The notes: generated by a model not told the origin, from the sequence alone. A DNA stretch of 61,481 nucleotides from an uncultured Bdellovibrio sp. (GCA_963932905.1 CAWVRN010000030.1:1-61481), one strand, 5' to 3'; positions 49,091 through 59,970 are shown, counted from the stretch's first letter. Numbers and translations are program-made.

Positions 49091-51283
49091 ATGACTTTCG
49101 CTTTGTCGATAGTCATTGATCGAGAACGTGTGAGACTTTTGTGGGGAGGACCTTTGAAAACTATTAATCGCATGAACCATGTATTAGAACGATTAAAGTT
49201 AAAAAGAAAAAGCTATTTCAGACGCGCATCTTTTGTTGCCGCGGCGTCTATTTTATTAGTTTCATTTCAAAACTGCTCACAAGGTAAATTTGAAATTGAT
49301 GAAGCACAGCTTGCTTCCTCTAAAGGTGATCAAGCCGTAACCGGTGAAGGCGCCGGAAGTGGCGCCGGCACTGACACAGGTGGCGGTACTGGCGGTGCTA
49401 CTGGTGGCGGCACGGGAGGCACTGGTGGTGGCACGGGCGGAGGCACTGGTGGTAACACAGGTCCTACTCAAACGGAAATTAACGCAGAGATTGCAAAGCG
49501 CTTACGTTGTAAATCTGCAGTTAAAGCTCCTTTAATAACTAACGCTGCGGATTTCGCAAGTAAGACAATCAATGTTAAGTCCGGTTTAGGCGCAGGCTCT
49601 GGTGACGTCAATGCGGCTAACTACCCAATGGCTATCACTATTGATTCTAGCCAGGGTATTGATTCTTCTAAATACATTGCGGGTGATGGCTGTACTTTCC
49701 AAACTCAGGCAGAGATCACGATGGTGACAGGTGAGTCTGGTAAAGATTCGGTTTTTAATTATGGTATCAATAGCAGTGGTCAGCAAATGATAGTTGGTAC
49801 AAGCGTCGGTTCACGTGCCGTGGACTATATGGATACAACTTTGGCACGTAGAACAACTGGTAACAACCAGACAGGCACTAACTATACGATGGGAACAAAC
49901 ACGTTAAGTGTTAACTACAATATTCGAGAGGACGATAATGATAGTGCTCGCACCACTCGTTGTGTTGACGGTAGTATCTATTATAAATTCCGTGTCACGG
50001 CGTCCACGACTGGTTTAAATCAACAGCGTGCTAACTATCCAGGATCTAATGTCGGTAATGCGTCGGCGTCTTCAGGTTATTATTATTTTCGCGTTGTTTC
50101 TGAAAATAACTGTTGGAAAGAAAGTAACTTAACTAAAATGATAAGCGCTTCATCGATTCCAGCTGCTAATTCGTTGTTAGGTACTTCGGTTGCTGCTGAT
50201 GGTGAATGGTTAGCCTCTGTAAGTAATGCAGAAGGTGGTACCGGTTATATATATATTTTTAGAAAAGTTTCTGGAAATTGGACCTTCTTCCAAAAAGTCA
50301 AAGGTTCCAATGGTAACGGTACAGTATTAACGGGCGTTGCCCTACGTAGCGGTCTTCTGGCTGTTGCGTCTTCGGGAGATGGTTTAGGTTATCCGGGTCG
50401 AGTTTACTTATATAATTTAGACGGCAATGTAGTTTCTGGCGCGTTCCAAGTTATCAACAGCCCCGTTTCGCCTATTGCCCAGTTCGGTTCTGGAATTGCT
50501 ATTACATCTGCTAATGGTGTTGCTATCGGTGATTCATATGGAAGCGGTCGTGCGTATATTTATACTTTAAATGCGGGATTGTATGGTGCTGGTTCTGGCT
50601 CGGCTCGTACGCCTTCAGCTTCGCAAGAAGGTTCCGCGATTGCCGCGTCGGTGATGGGTTATGGTGCTAACGTTGTATTCCAAGGTGGGCGCTTGTTAGT
50701 GGGCGCATATAAAGGAAACGAAAATTATGCAGGTTCAGTACATATCTACGATGCCGGTGGTGGAAGCTTTGGTTCGCCAATTAATAAGTATGCTCCGGCC
50801 GGTATCACATCACAAGCTAACTTTGGTCAGGCGATTGCCTTCGATGGATCATCTCTGGTTGTCGGCGCATACGAAAATGGAACAACGGGCAACGTGGCGG
50901 GTGCCATTGCTTATTATAATGATTATTCCGCAGCAGCGGCTCCAAGAGTTATTCAAGGTAGCGTAGCTGAAGAAAGATATGGTGTTTCCGTTGCGATTGT
51001 CGGCGATTCTGTTTACGTGGGTAGTCGCGGTGGTACAGGTTCATCGGGTACAGTGAGTCGCTATTTGAAAACAAGTTTAGCTGGCACTGGCAATTATAAC
51101 TCGCGCGTATTCCTACAGCGCAGTCATGACGCCGTTAATGGTGAAGGATTTAGTTACGCAATGAGTGTGGTAGGTGGAGCAGCGACACCAACTTTGGTGA
51201 TTTCTTCACAAACAAAGACGTACTCGAACGGCGCCGATATTAGGTCTAAAGCCGGTGCTGTTTATGTTTACGAAGTTAAATAG
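49091..51283 (+). CDS. Lipoprotein with Gly/Thr linker and FG-GAP-type beta-propeller
   Basis: SFQNC lipobox-like motif, GGGT repeats, FGxxIA...VGAY repeats; true start probably 49151 or later. Confidence 0.8.
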   Translation: MTFALSIVIDRERVRLLWGGPLKTINRMNHVLERLKLKRKSYFRRASFVAAASILLVSFQNCSQGKFEIDEAQLASSKGDQAVTGEGAGSGAGTDTGGGTGGATGGGTGGTGGGTGGGTGGNTGPTQTEINAEIAKRLRCKSAVKAPLITNAADFASKTINVKSGLGAGSGDVNAANYPMAITIDSSQGIDSSKYIAGDGCTFQTQAEITMVTGESGKDSVFNYGINSSGQQMIVGTSVGSRAVDYMDTTLARRTTGNNQTGTNYTMGTNTLSVNYNIREDDNDSARTTRCVDGSIYYKFRVTASTTGLNQQRANYPGSNVGNASASSGYYYFRVVSENNCWKESNLTKMISASSIPAANSLLGTSVAADGEWLASVSNAEGGTGYIYIFRKVSGNWTFFQKVKGSNGNGTVLTGVALRSGLLAVASSGDGLGYPGRVYLYNLDGNVVSGAFQVINSPVSPIAQFGSGIAITSANGVAIGDSYGSGRAYIYTLNAGLYGAGSGSARTPSASQEGSAIAASVMGYGANVVFQGGRLLVGAYKGNENYAGSVHIYDAGGGSFGSPINKYAPAGITSQANFGQAIAFDGSSLVVGAYENGTTGNVAGAIAYYNDYSAAAAPRVIQGSVAEERYGVSVAIVGDSVYVGSRGGTGSSGTVSRYLKTSLAGTGNYNSRVFLQRSHDAVNGEGFSYAMSVVGGAATPTLVISSQTKTYSNGADIRSKAGAVYVYEVK

Positions 51284-51363
51284 GAAGTTAAATAGTTAGT
51301 TGAGTTCTGTTCAGGGGTTTAGGGTTACTAGGGGTTAGTTTGAACTTTTTCGGGGGACACAAG

Positions 51364-53664
51364 ATGAAGATGCAAAAAATTCTGATTTTGATTGTTTTTG
51401 CAAGTTTTATCTCTAAAGCAGATATCTCGGATGCTACGAGAAATGATAAAGCAGTCGTTCACTACGATTTTGAAGATGCTTTTACAAATGATTCGGCAAA
51501 TCCAAATTATATGAACGTAGAGATTCCTGACAAGGCAAACTCTAAGTTTGGTGCAGGTCTGACTTTGAAGTGGTATGCCACAGATCGTTCGAAAATCATA
51601 TGGGCACGCGGCGTAGATAACGACGGGTATCTTTGGCTAAAAGGTTCCACGATCGTTCGTTCCATCAATATGGCAACGAAAATCAACACTGAGTGTGCTA
51701 AACCGACAACGTCGGGTTTAACAATCGAAGCGGTTGTTGAAAACAACGAGACCGTGGAAGAACGTACGGGCCAATACCCCGCGGACAACAACGTAACTCG
51801 TAACTTGCAGCCGTCACGTATCGTGAGTATGTCGAATGACTTCACAAATCGCACGGTGAATGGCGCGACTCAGTTTAAAATCAACTTTGCATTAGGCCAA
51901 GTGTATGAAATGGGTGACCGTTTCATGGGTGCAGTGACATCGGCGGCGAATAACTATCTATTCACACAACCTGTAATGAGTTCAAATACGGCGGCGTTGA
52001 TTCAAGGTCTTGGTCGTCCAGCTTCTAGTTATAAACAAAAAATCGTTTTTACAGTTAACAAGTCTTCAGGATTTGCGACGCTTTATTTAACAGATAGAAA
52101 TGGTAATTTATATCCCGCGGTTAATACGCAACAGGGTTTTAGCGGTGGAACAGCTGCGACTTACTTTAATCGTTGGAATACATCAGCGTATCTAAATGTG
52201 GGTAACGATTATATTCCGAGCACCAACATTTTATCGCAACCAGAATCGTTTAAAAACATTGCTGCCAGTTCAAATGAAGCCAACAACCCTAATCGTTATT
52301 GGAAAGGTAAACTGTATCGTTTGGCGATCTATTGCGAAGCTTTATCTGAGAAAGAAATTTTAGGAAATTCATATCAAATTGTTAAGAACGAAGTATTCCC
52401 TATTGTGAATGTGGCTCGTACTGCAAATTTGATTAAAGCATCAGAAATTTTCGAGCGTTTAACAGGTACTAAAACACCAATTTACAATCCTTTATTAAAG
52501 CAAATGGAAGATAAATTAAATGCTTTTGATCCAGTTGGTGCGGCCGCATTGGTTACCGATCATCCTATGTTCTACAACATCACGGTACGAAACTTTGCCA
52601 ATAAAATGAGTAACCGTGATGAAACAATTGCGGCACCATTGAATGATTTTACAGCGACCATTATTGGAGCCGTTCGTGATGATATCTCAGCGAAGGATTT
52701 ATTATCTGGAAATTTCTTCTATCAAGGTGATCCGTCAAAGGCTGCGGTCCCAAGCGATGATGTAGATGATATTCTAAGATCAAATAATCACTACGAATCA
52801 TTAGATCGGGCAAGTTATGATTTAAAAGCTGTATTGATGAAGCGTAAACAAATTATTTTGAAGGCAAGCACTTCGAACGGAAATACAAGCACAGCGAATA
52901 ATAACATTAACAACATTACGTTTGAAGCTGTTGATAACTCATGGGCAGCTGGTCTGTTTACGACTCGCCAATGGGCAGCAGCACATATGGTGGCTGGTAC
53001 GAATCGTCGTGCGGTGGAGTTTTCATTACGTGAATTTACATGCACTCCGATTGAAAATGCCGCGGATTCGTCTGGCCCTGAAGATGTTATCGGTCGTGAC
53101 ATTGATAGAAATCCAGGTGGTAGTCGTGCGAAATTCACTACATCTTGTCGTGCTTGTCACACTATCCTAGATGGTTTTAAGGGTGCGTTTGCGTTTATGA
53201 CATTCTCGAATGGTTTCTTAAAACATTCGGCACTGGTTCCAAATTCTACGAATAACAATGCGAACGAAGACAATTCGATCGTAATGCGTATCCACCCGGA
53301 TGCCGCTGGTGTCACTCGTAAAATGAATCACAATGAAGAAACCTATATCAATGGTCGTATTTTGACGGATGATAAATGGGTTAATAATGCCAATAGTGGT
53401 ACTAACAGAACTAACTTCGGTTGGACTCGTACTTCCGGTAAAGGTCCTGCTGAGTTCGGTAAGGCTTTAGCGGAAAGTAAGGCTTTCCCACGTTGTTTGG
53501 CAAAGCGTGCATTTTTTACTGTTTGCAAAAGGGAGGCGGATTCTAAAGATGATGCTTTCATTAAAAAGGTAGCCGATGAGTTTTCTAGTGCGGAACGTAA
53601 CTACAACATCAAGTACCTGTTTCAGCGTATTGTAGCTAACGAATCATGTTTAGGGGGAAAATAA
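51364..53664 (+). CDS. Exported LamG-like plus CxxCH (DUF1585/1588-like) protein
   Basis: Signal peptide, WKGKLYRLAIY, CRACH, C-terminal YNIKYLF. Confidence 0.65.
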   Translation: MKMQKILILIVFASFISKADISDATRNDKAVVHYDFEDAFTNDSANPNYMNVEIPDKANSKFGAGLTLKWYATDRSKIIWARGVDNDGYLWLKGSTIVRSINMATKINTECAKPTTSGLTIEAVVENNETVEERTGQYPADNNVTRNLQPSRIVSMSNDFTNRTVNGATQFKINFALGQVYEMGDRFMGAVTSAANNYLFTQPVMSSNTAALIQGLGRPASSYKQKIVFTVNKSSGFATLYLTDRNGNLYPAVNTQQGFSGGTAATYFNRWNTSAYLNVGNDYIPSTNILSQPESFKNIAASSNEANNPNRYWKGKLYRLAIYCEALSEKEILGNSYQIVKNEVFPIVNVARTANLIKASEIFERLTGTKTPIYNPLLKQMEDKLNAFDPVGAAALVTDHPMFYNITVRNFANKMSNRDETIAAPLNDFTATIIGAVRDDISAKDLLSGNFFYQGDPSKAAVPSDDVDDILRSNNHYESLDRASYDLKAVLMKRKQIILKASTSNGNTSTANNNINNITFEAVDNSWAAGLFTTRQWAAAHMVAGTNRRAVEFSLREFTCTPIENAADSSGPEDVIGRDIDRNPGGSRAKFTTSCRACHTILDGFKGAFAFMTFSNGFLKHSALVPNSTNNNANEDNSIVMRIHPDAAGVTRKMNHNEETYINGRILTDDKWVNNANSGTNRTNFGWTRTSGKGPAEFGKALAESKAFPRCLAKRAFFTVCKREADSKDDAFIKKVADEFSSAERNYNIKYLFQRIVANESCLGGK

Positions 53665-53665
53665 T

Positions 53666-54334
53666 ATGAGTAACAGCAATCAGATCAAGGTGAAAAGGTT
53701 AGTACGTGCTTTTCAAACCGCAGTGGTGTTGGTTTGCGCACTGGTTGTGTTTGGTAACGGATGTGCTGAGGGTGGTTTCTATCCTCAAGGATCTGAAGAA
53801 ATAGCTTCTACTTTGAATTCCTCTTGTAAGGATCCAAATGAAATTGAAGTTATTCCAGGTGCTAAAACGGCTAGCTTAGTTGGAACGACTAATATTGTTC
53901 AGCACTTTGCTGCCTGCGCTGGTTTAGAAACGGTATCGCAATTAACTCAAGGTGTTTACGAGGACAAGAAAAGTTCAATTGGTACCTATGGTGCTGTAAC
54001 ATCAATCACGGCTCCCTATTTAATGGCGGTGCATAGTATCGCCGGTGAAGTTTGCAACGATATTATTGATCAAGAAATTGCTAAAGGAACTCGAATTTTT
54101 GCAGGTTGGAATTTGGCAGCCAATGCGTTGCCTTCCGATTCTCAGATTGCAAATGCAGCGATCAATATGTCTTTGTCTTGCTGGCAGGACTATGAAATTT
54201 CAGAAGAAGAAACAAGCATCGTTATTAGTTCCATCGTTTCATCGATTGGTTCAAACGAGGCGGGGGCATCTAGAAAAGCGGCAATTATGATGTGTACATC
54301 AATGCTAGCTAGCTTGAACGCGCTTCTGAATTAG
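53666..54334 (+). CDS. Cys-rich lipoprotein
   Basis: VFGNGC lipobox-like motif. Confidence 0.7.
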   Translation: MSNSNQIKVKRLVRAFQTAVVLVCALVVFGNGCAEGGFYPQGSEEIASTLNSSCKDPNEIEVIPGAKTASLVGTTNIVQHFAACAGLETVSQLTQGVYEDKKSSIGTYGAVTSITAPYLMAVHSIAGEVCNDIIDQEIAKGTRIFAGWNLAANALPSDSQIANAAINMSLSCWQDYEISEEETSIVISSIVSSIGSNEAGASRKAAIMMCTSMLASLNALLN

Positions 54335-54391
54335 TAAGTTAAGGTGTGGGGATTTTTTAAAATTTATTTAATAAAAAATTGGGGATGATAG

Positions 54392-55852
54392 ATGGAAAAT
54401 AACAATAGTAACAAACCGAAACTGTATCACGGTCGACGACCGGTAACTCGACGGGAATTTTTAGCATCGGGAGCGATTCCAATGATGTCTTACATGATTC
54501 CGTCCGCTTTGATGACGACATTTGCGAAAGCAGGTATCGCTCAAGCACAAGAGCTTTGTAAAGTTGGTGAAGCCTCTAAGTTTCCGCCCATTGTAAACAT
54601 CAACGCCAATGGCGGTTGGTGGGTTGCTGGAAATAACATTTTTTTAACGGAAGGTCGTGAATTGCTGCCTTCCTACGGTAGAAACGGTCTTGGTTCGGCT
54701 GCGAACCTGGTAAGTCAGATTGTTAAGACAGGTCACTTTAAAAATCAACCTCCGTTTTACAGCGGCTCGGGTTTCTTAGCCGGTGTTCAAACAAGTTTAG
54801 TAAATGGTGCAGCGTCTGCGGCATTAGCAAAAACTAACTTCGTAAGTATGCCTCTGCAAAGTCAAAACGACTCGGACACAAATAAATTGGCACCTTTTTA
54901 CTTGCTTCAAAAAGCAGGTTTAAGCGGTAAGATTTTACCTAACTTGGGTCGTACGGATAATGGTATCGGCGTAAGTAATGCTTCAGCTTTTGGTATGTCA
55001 CCGGCACCGTTGATTGTAAATAATGTCGATAACATCGTAAATGCTTTGGGTGTAGGGGATCGTTTAGCACAGCTAAACCAAGTGCAAAAAACTAATTTAT
55101 TTAAAGCTTCGCAAAATCTGTCTTTTGCACAAAGCCGAAAACTAGCTAGCTTAACGGGCGGATCGTTACTTGATCGTTTGTTAGGTCAGGCGAATGCCGA
55201 CAACTCGAAGTTGATTGAAAACCCTGCGGGTTTGGATCTTGATCCAAGAATGAATGCGCAGTTCGCAGCTGTTTGGGGTTTGAATAACAACACTCCAAAA
55301 AACGCAGAAGACTATATCAACGCGTCGCTGATTTACAATGCGATCAATGGAAATTGTGGTGCTGTAGGTATCGAAGTGGGAGGCTGTGACTATCACGGTA
55401 GTACACTGGCTCAAACTATTGCTAAGGATAACGAGATCGGAACTTTGACTGGTAAGATCTTGCAATCTTTCGCAGCGATGGGATCTCCTGGTTTCATTAT
55501 GATTAATACTGATGGTAGCGTGGGAGCACCTCCGTCAGATATTCCAGGAACAGATCCTACGGCAGATCGTGGTGATTCGTCTGGTATTTACATGATGTAC
55601 TACGATCCTACGGATTCTGTCCAAGCTCCAGATTCGCAAGTGGGTCATATGAAAAATGATCCGGATGCAGAAGCAGCGGATGATAAATTCTTGGTTGGCG
55701 GTAACGCGGAAATTGCTACGGCAGCTGTGTTTGCTAACTTTTTATCCGCCGCTGGTAAGATGAACTTATGGACAGCTATACCTGAAACGAATCGAACATT
55801 CGATAGTATGCAGCTAGCAAAAATCCTGAAGTTTCATGGAAAGGCCGGGTAG
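54392..55852 (+). CDS. Tat-exported DUF1501-like protein
   Basis: TRREFL twin-arginine motif; GGCDYH. Confidence 0.7.
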   Translation: MENNNSNKPKLYHGRRPVTRREFLASGAIPMMSYMIPSALMTTFAKAGIAQAQELCKVGEASKFPPIVNINANGGWWVAGNNIFLTEGRELLPSYGRNGLGSAANLVSQIVKTGHFKNQPPFYSGSGFLAGVQTSLVNGAASAALAKTNFVSMPLQSQNDSDTNKLAPFYLLQKAGLSGKILPNLGRTDNGIGVSNASAFGMSPAPLIVNNVDNIVNALGVGDRLAQLNQVQKTNLFKASQNLSFAQSRKLASLTGGSLLDRLLGQANADNSKLIENPAGLDLDPRMNAQFAAVWGLNNNTPKNAEDYINASLIYNAINGNCGAVGIEVGGCDYHGSTLAQTIAKDNEIGTLTGKILQSFAAMGSPGFIMINTDGSVGAPPSDIPGTDPTADRGDSSGIYMMYYDPTDSVQAPDSQVGHMKNDPDAEAADDKFLVGGNAEIATAAVFANFLSAAGKMNLWTAIPETNRTFDSMQLAKILKFHGKAG

Positions 55853-55895
55853 GCCTGACCAGATAGCCGGAAAGGCCGGCGGGTAGACCTGACCA
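55838..55895 (+). repeat. Imperfect tandem duplication spanning a stop codon
   Basis: GGAAAGGCCGGGTAGGCCTGACCA / GGAAAGGCCGGCGGGTAGACCTGACCA. Confidence 0.7.
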
Positions 55896-55989
55896 ATTGA
55901 AATTGAACAGGTTTGGGTAGGTGGGGAAACTTACCTAAACTTTAAGACTACGAGCTGATTAAGTGTGTTGACGTACGATGGGGGACTTA

Positions 55990-57750
55990 ATGAAATTTAA
56001 AACAATAAAAAGACTTGCCCTTGTGATGGTAGCGGGAAGTTTTTTAACTGTTGCATTTAACAACTGCGGCAAGCCGAAATCTGAAGAAACGGCTGCGTCG
56101 GAGTCCTATGCTAAATTGAGCGATGAGCCATGTGAAGATCAATTGATGAACTTCTACGCTCGTTCCTATCAGGCGTTCTTGGTCACTAACTGCTCGTCAT
56201 GTCACTCGGTCGGTCCAGGTAAAGGACAGTTTGCAAACAAAGATACCATCACATCGTACAAAGATTTTATGCAGATTGGTTACTCCAAAGTATCGGCTAA
56301 TGCGATCAGTGATGGTCATAACTACCCATACTCGGGTTCACAACATACTCAGACAATTAACGATTTGAAAATTTCTTGGATCAAAGCTTTGTCTGAGAAT
56401 GACTTGTGCTTGGGCGGTAATGGTGAAGTACAGCAGGTTCAAACAATCAAAGAACGGGCTACATTTGCTTTAATACCAAAATTGATTCCAGCAATGAATG
56501 ACAATGAAGAAAAACGCGTTGAATTTGTTTTCAAAACAGATCTTTCGCAAATCAAAGAAACACCAGTGCCTGAACTTTACGGTGCTAAGATTTCTTTCAT
56601 GATTAGAAAGGTATTAAAAGGCACTGATAGAACGTATTCAGTTCACTCGCCTCGCATTTATGGAAACACTCAAGATATTCGTGTGAAAGGCATTTTCACG
56701 AAAATCAATGGACGCTATATTCAGTACTCTACAAATTTCATTTTTGCAGATTCGAAAATTCCAAAGGGTTCAACCGAAGGATCTTTGAATTCACTGGTGT
56801 CAACAGGTGCATTAACTATCGCGGGCGCTATGTTCCCTGACGATTCCATTAGTTTTGATTTTGAGTTGTTAGAAAAAACAGTGATTCCGCCACCACCGCC
56901 CCCAGTGTATTTATCGTTCACGGGAACAAAAACGGTCTTAGCTCCAGCGGGTGGCAGCGTTGATCCGGTGGCGCCGCCGAACGAGGTCACGTTCACTGTT
57001 GGTCTAGATAAAGCGTCAACAGAAGTAGTAACCTTCACTTACACAATCGATTCAACGCCTATCTGTAACAACGGAACTGTGAATGCGACGTGCTTGCCAG
57101 ATGTTTACGCCTTGCTATGTCCAGGAGGAAATTGCCCACATGCAAACTCGGCAAAAGTTGGCTTGGCTCGGTCTGTAGTTGGAGCAAGCTTTAATAGATT
57201 CGATTGGGATTACAAATTAAATGCGAATTCTTTTAGCTTTGAGCCAGGTGAAACAACTAAATCATTCACTATTAGAACTTCTAAAGATATTCGTTATGAA
57301 GAAAATAAAGTTCTCACAATCAGACTAGAGGCTGGAATTGGCAGTATTCAGGTTGTTGCTGCTAACTCATTAGCACGAATCGCGTATAATAAAATTATGA
57401 ATCCAGTTCCTCCGAATGGTCAGATGACGTACACGAAATTGATGAGTGGCGGTACTTTAGATAAAACGTGCACCGAGTGCCACAATTCGACAAAGCGTGA
57501 CGGTGGTTACGATATTCGTGATTATGAATTGATGATTTCAAGTAACAAGCAAATCCTGGTTCCAGGCCAAGACAAGATCGTTTACGATGCAGATTTTAAC
57601 AAAATCGTAACGGCAGTTAGCTTGATGTATCGTCGTACTTTGCCGCAATTTACACCCGAGTCGTTATTGATGCCGCGTTTGAAAACATTGACGCCAGCGG
57701 AATACAATGACGTAGAGAACTGGTTGTCTAACGGCGCGAAAAACAACTAG
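55990..57750 (+). CDS. Dihaem c-type cytochrome lipoprotein
   Basis: AFNNC lipobox-like motif; CSSCH and CTECH; C-terminal MP...WL..GA. Confidence 0.8.
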   Translation: MKFKTIKRLALVMVAGSFLTVAFNNCGKPKSEETAASESYAKLSDEPCEDQLMNFYARSYQAFLVTNCSSCHSVGPGKGQFANKDTITSYKDFMQIGYSKVSANAISDGHNYPYSGSQHTQTINDLKISWIKALSENDLCLGGNGEVQQVQTIKERATFALIPKLIPAMNDNEEKRVEFVFKTDLSQIKETPVPELYGAKISFMIRKVLKGTDRTYSVHSPRIYGNTQDIRVKGIFTKINGRYIQYSTNFIFADSKIPKGSTEGSLNSLVSTGALTIAGAMFPDDSISFDFELLEKTVIPPPPPPVYLSFTGTKTVLAPAGGSVDPVAPPNEVTFTVGLDKASTEVVTFTYTIDSTPICNNGTVNATCLPDVYALLCPGGNCPHANSAKVGLARSVVGASFNRFDWDYKLNANSFSFEPGETTKSFTIRTSKDIRYEENKVLTIRLEAGIGSIQVVAANSLARIAYNKIMNPVPPNGQMTYTKLMSGGTLDKTCTECHNSTKRDGGYDIRDYELMISSNKQILVPGQDKIVYDADFNKIVTAVSLMYRRTLPQFTPESLLMPRLKTLTPAEYNDVENWLSNGAKNN

Positions 57751-57784
57751 GCTTTTGAGGATATTCACGTAGAAGGGAAAGCGT

Positions 57785-58507
57785 ATGGATTTAGGTAAGA
57801 TTTTTACACGAAAAAGAAAGTTTCTAGCGGTGATGATGGCATCGTGCCTGCTGTTAGTTGTTTCTTTCCAAAACTGTTCAGTAGTTGGTTCCGCTAACAG
57901 TTCTAAATCTAGTAAATCATCTTCTGAGAATGATATCTTGGGCGCGCAGGCCTTGGAAATTCTAAGTTCGAAATGTTTAACATGTCATAATCCTGATAAA
58001 CCAGAGGGTGGTATTTCAGACATCACAGATTTAAATTTCTTACTGTATTATCGCCTAGTCATTCCTGGTCAGCCTGAAATTTCAGATTTGATCCGTGTTA
58101 TCAAAGAGGGCAGTATGCCTCCTGGAGGCGGCGTTTCCACAGACGATTTAGCGGCGCTAAATAAATGGATTCTAGAAGGTTTGATCGATGACAGTGGTAA
58201 CGTAGCCATACCGGATGGTTCGGCAACGTTAGAAGCAAAGTATAGTAGTATTAAAACTCGTATCATCAATACGAAATGTTTGGGTTGTCACAGTGGAGCG
58301 ACCCCTTCGGGTGGCGTTGATTTAACTACTTACGCAAATACTGTTGCGAATAATATTGCGATTGCAGGAAATCCAAATGGATCGCGACTTGTAACCTCTA
58401 TGCAACGTGCCGGCAATGACTTTATGCCTCGAAACGGAGCTCGTATTCCTCAAGCTGATATTGATATCGTAAAGGCTTGGATTCAAGCCGGTGCTTTAAA
58501 TAACTAG
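57785..58507 (+). CDS. Dihaem cytochrome c lipoprotein (planctomycete-type domains)
   Basis: SFQNC; CLTCH...MPP and CLGCH...MPR; WIxxG. Confidence 0.85.
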   Translation: MDLGKIFTRKRKFLAVMMASCLLLVVSFQNCSVVGSANSSKSSKSSSENDILGAQALEILSSKCLTCHNPDKPEGGISDITDLNFLLYYRLVIPGQPEISDLIRVIKEGSMPPGGGVSTDDLAALNKWILEGLIDDSGNVAIPDGSATLEAKYSSIKTRIINTKCLGCHSGATPSGGVDLTTYANTVANNIAIAGNPNGSRLVTSMQRAGNDFMPRNGARIPQADIDIVKAWIQAGALNN

Positions 58508-58580
58508 TTATTTGTCTAAGGCCAATCGCGGGGTAAATCACAAGGTTGATTTGCCTTGTGATTTAAAGCCATAATGAACT

Positions 58581-59879
58581 ATGGCAACCATCGATCCACA
58601 GCTGTTTTCCCTTTTTAAGTTTCCCAAAAATGAAAGCGAAGTCTACTTAACTGGTGACGTACCATGGTTGTTTAAAGATCTAAATTTTTACAAGACCTAC
58701 TGGTTAAACAAAAAGAACGAATTTCTAAATTTTCACAAAGTCAGTCAAATCAATCTTGAACTGGAATTAAAAAAAGGAACTGGGTTAAGTGCGACAACAC
58801 GAACTCGCCTAGAAGTTTTAAAAAATGCGCATGAATCTAATTATCTAGCATTAGCTAGTTTGCTTAGTGATCTGGACGTGGCGGCGGCGCCAACATTTGA
58901 AGTGGCGGTTCCCTCTCATCAAACGCTACACTTGTATCGTAAAAATATATTTCGGGATTGGGGTTGGTCAACTGGCGAAAATCAACAGGCGGTTGATTTA
59001 GTTACCGAAGTGGTTGGGCCAAATTGGAAACCGAATCGCACATGTGTGCTGGGTACCGGGGCTAGTCGTTTAGCGATGGACCTTCATAAGGAGTTTCATT
59101 TGCCTATGACTGTGGGGGTGGATTTTAACCCTCTCTTGCTTTTGGTGGCCAATGAAATGCAAAAGGGTCACAGTATCAAGCTATGGGATTTTAATACGGC
59201 ACCGGTCGAATTGGAAAGCGTAGCAAGGGAATATGAACTGAAGTCGACACTGGGGAAATTGTCGGGTTTTCATTTGATCTGTGCGGATGTGACGGAATTG
59301 CCTTTTAGAGATCATCAATTTAGCTCCGTCGTGACACCGTGGTTAATTGACATTTTGCCTTTCGGTTTTAAATTACTAGCTCAACGTGTGAATCAGCTTT
59401 TAGAAGTGGGTGGGACTTGGGTTAACTTTGGTCCTCTTGGATTTTCACACCGTGATGAAGCGATGAATTTGACCAGACCTGAAATCGCCGAACAATGGCA
59501 GATGTGCGGGTTTGAAGTCGAGAGCGAAAAAGTCTCTGTCATTAGATATTTAAGTTCTGATCATGAAGTGAATTCTAGAAATGAAACTGTGTATTTGTTT
59601 AAAATAAAGAAAGTTAAAAATGTGGCTGTTGAGCCCTTTGAGTATCTACCAAATTGGCTATCGAATACAGATAAACCGATTACCTTGTCGGATGAACTTC
59701 AGCGACATAAACAGTTGGTTCGTTTTCAGGCTGATCTATTTCACTCTATTGACGGTAAGATCAGCCTTCAGCAGATCGCAGGGCTGTTTGCTCAGCACTA
59801 TAAAATGCCTGCGGAAACGGCTCTAGTGATGGCTACAAATGTACTACGACAATTTGAAGAGTCTCTAAAGCGAAAATAA
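58581..59879 (+). CDS. SAM-dependent methyltransferase (N2227/carnosine N-methyltransferase-like)
   Basis: FRDWGW, VLGTGASRLA, VVTPWLID, GGTWVNFGPL. Confidence 0.75.
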   Translation: MATIDPQLFSLFKFPKNESEVYLTGDVPWLFKDLNFYKTYWLNKKNEFLNFHKVSQINLELELKKGTGLSATTRTRLEVLKNAHESNYLALASLLSDLDVAAAPTFEVAVPSHQTLHLYRKNIFRDWGWSTGENQQAVDLVTEVVGPNWKPNRTCVLGTGASRLAMDLHKEFHLPMTVGVDFNPLLLLVANEMQKGHSIKLWDFNTAPVELESVAREYELKSTLGKLSGFHLICADVTELPFRDHQFSSVVTPWLIDILPFGFKLLAQRVNQLLEVGGTWVNFGPLGFSHRDEAMNLTRPEIAEQWQMCGFEVESEKVSVIRYLSSDHEVNSRNETVYLFKIKKVKNVAVEPFEYLPNWLSNTDKPITLSDELQRHKQLVRFQADLFHSIDGKISLQQIAGLFAQHYKMPAETALVMATNVLRQFEESLKRK

Positions 59880-59970
59880 GTGAGGCAAGATAACCCGCAC
59901 TAAAGTCGAATCCTTGGTTGTCTCATTTAGAGATTTGCTTGGTGCTAAAAAAAGTTATACAATTAAATGG

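Noticed and set aside
49345..49460. GGC/GGT-rich repeat as a DNA repeat element
   Set aside because: Explained by a Gly/Thr protein linker
51313..51356. Telomere-like TTAGGG or G-quadruplex sequence
   Set aside because: Only a few irregular G-tracts, the last being the probable RBS; not distinguishable from chance
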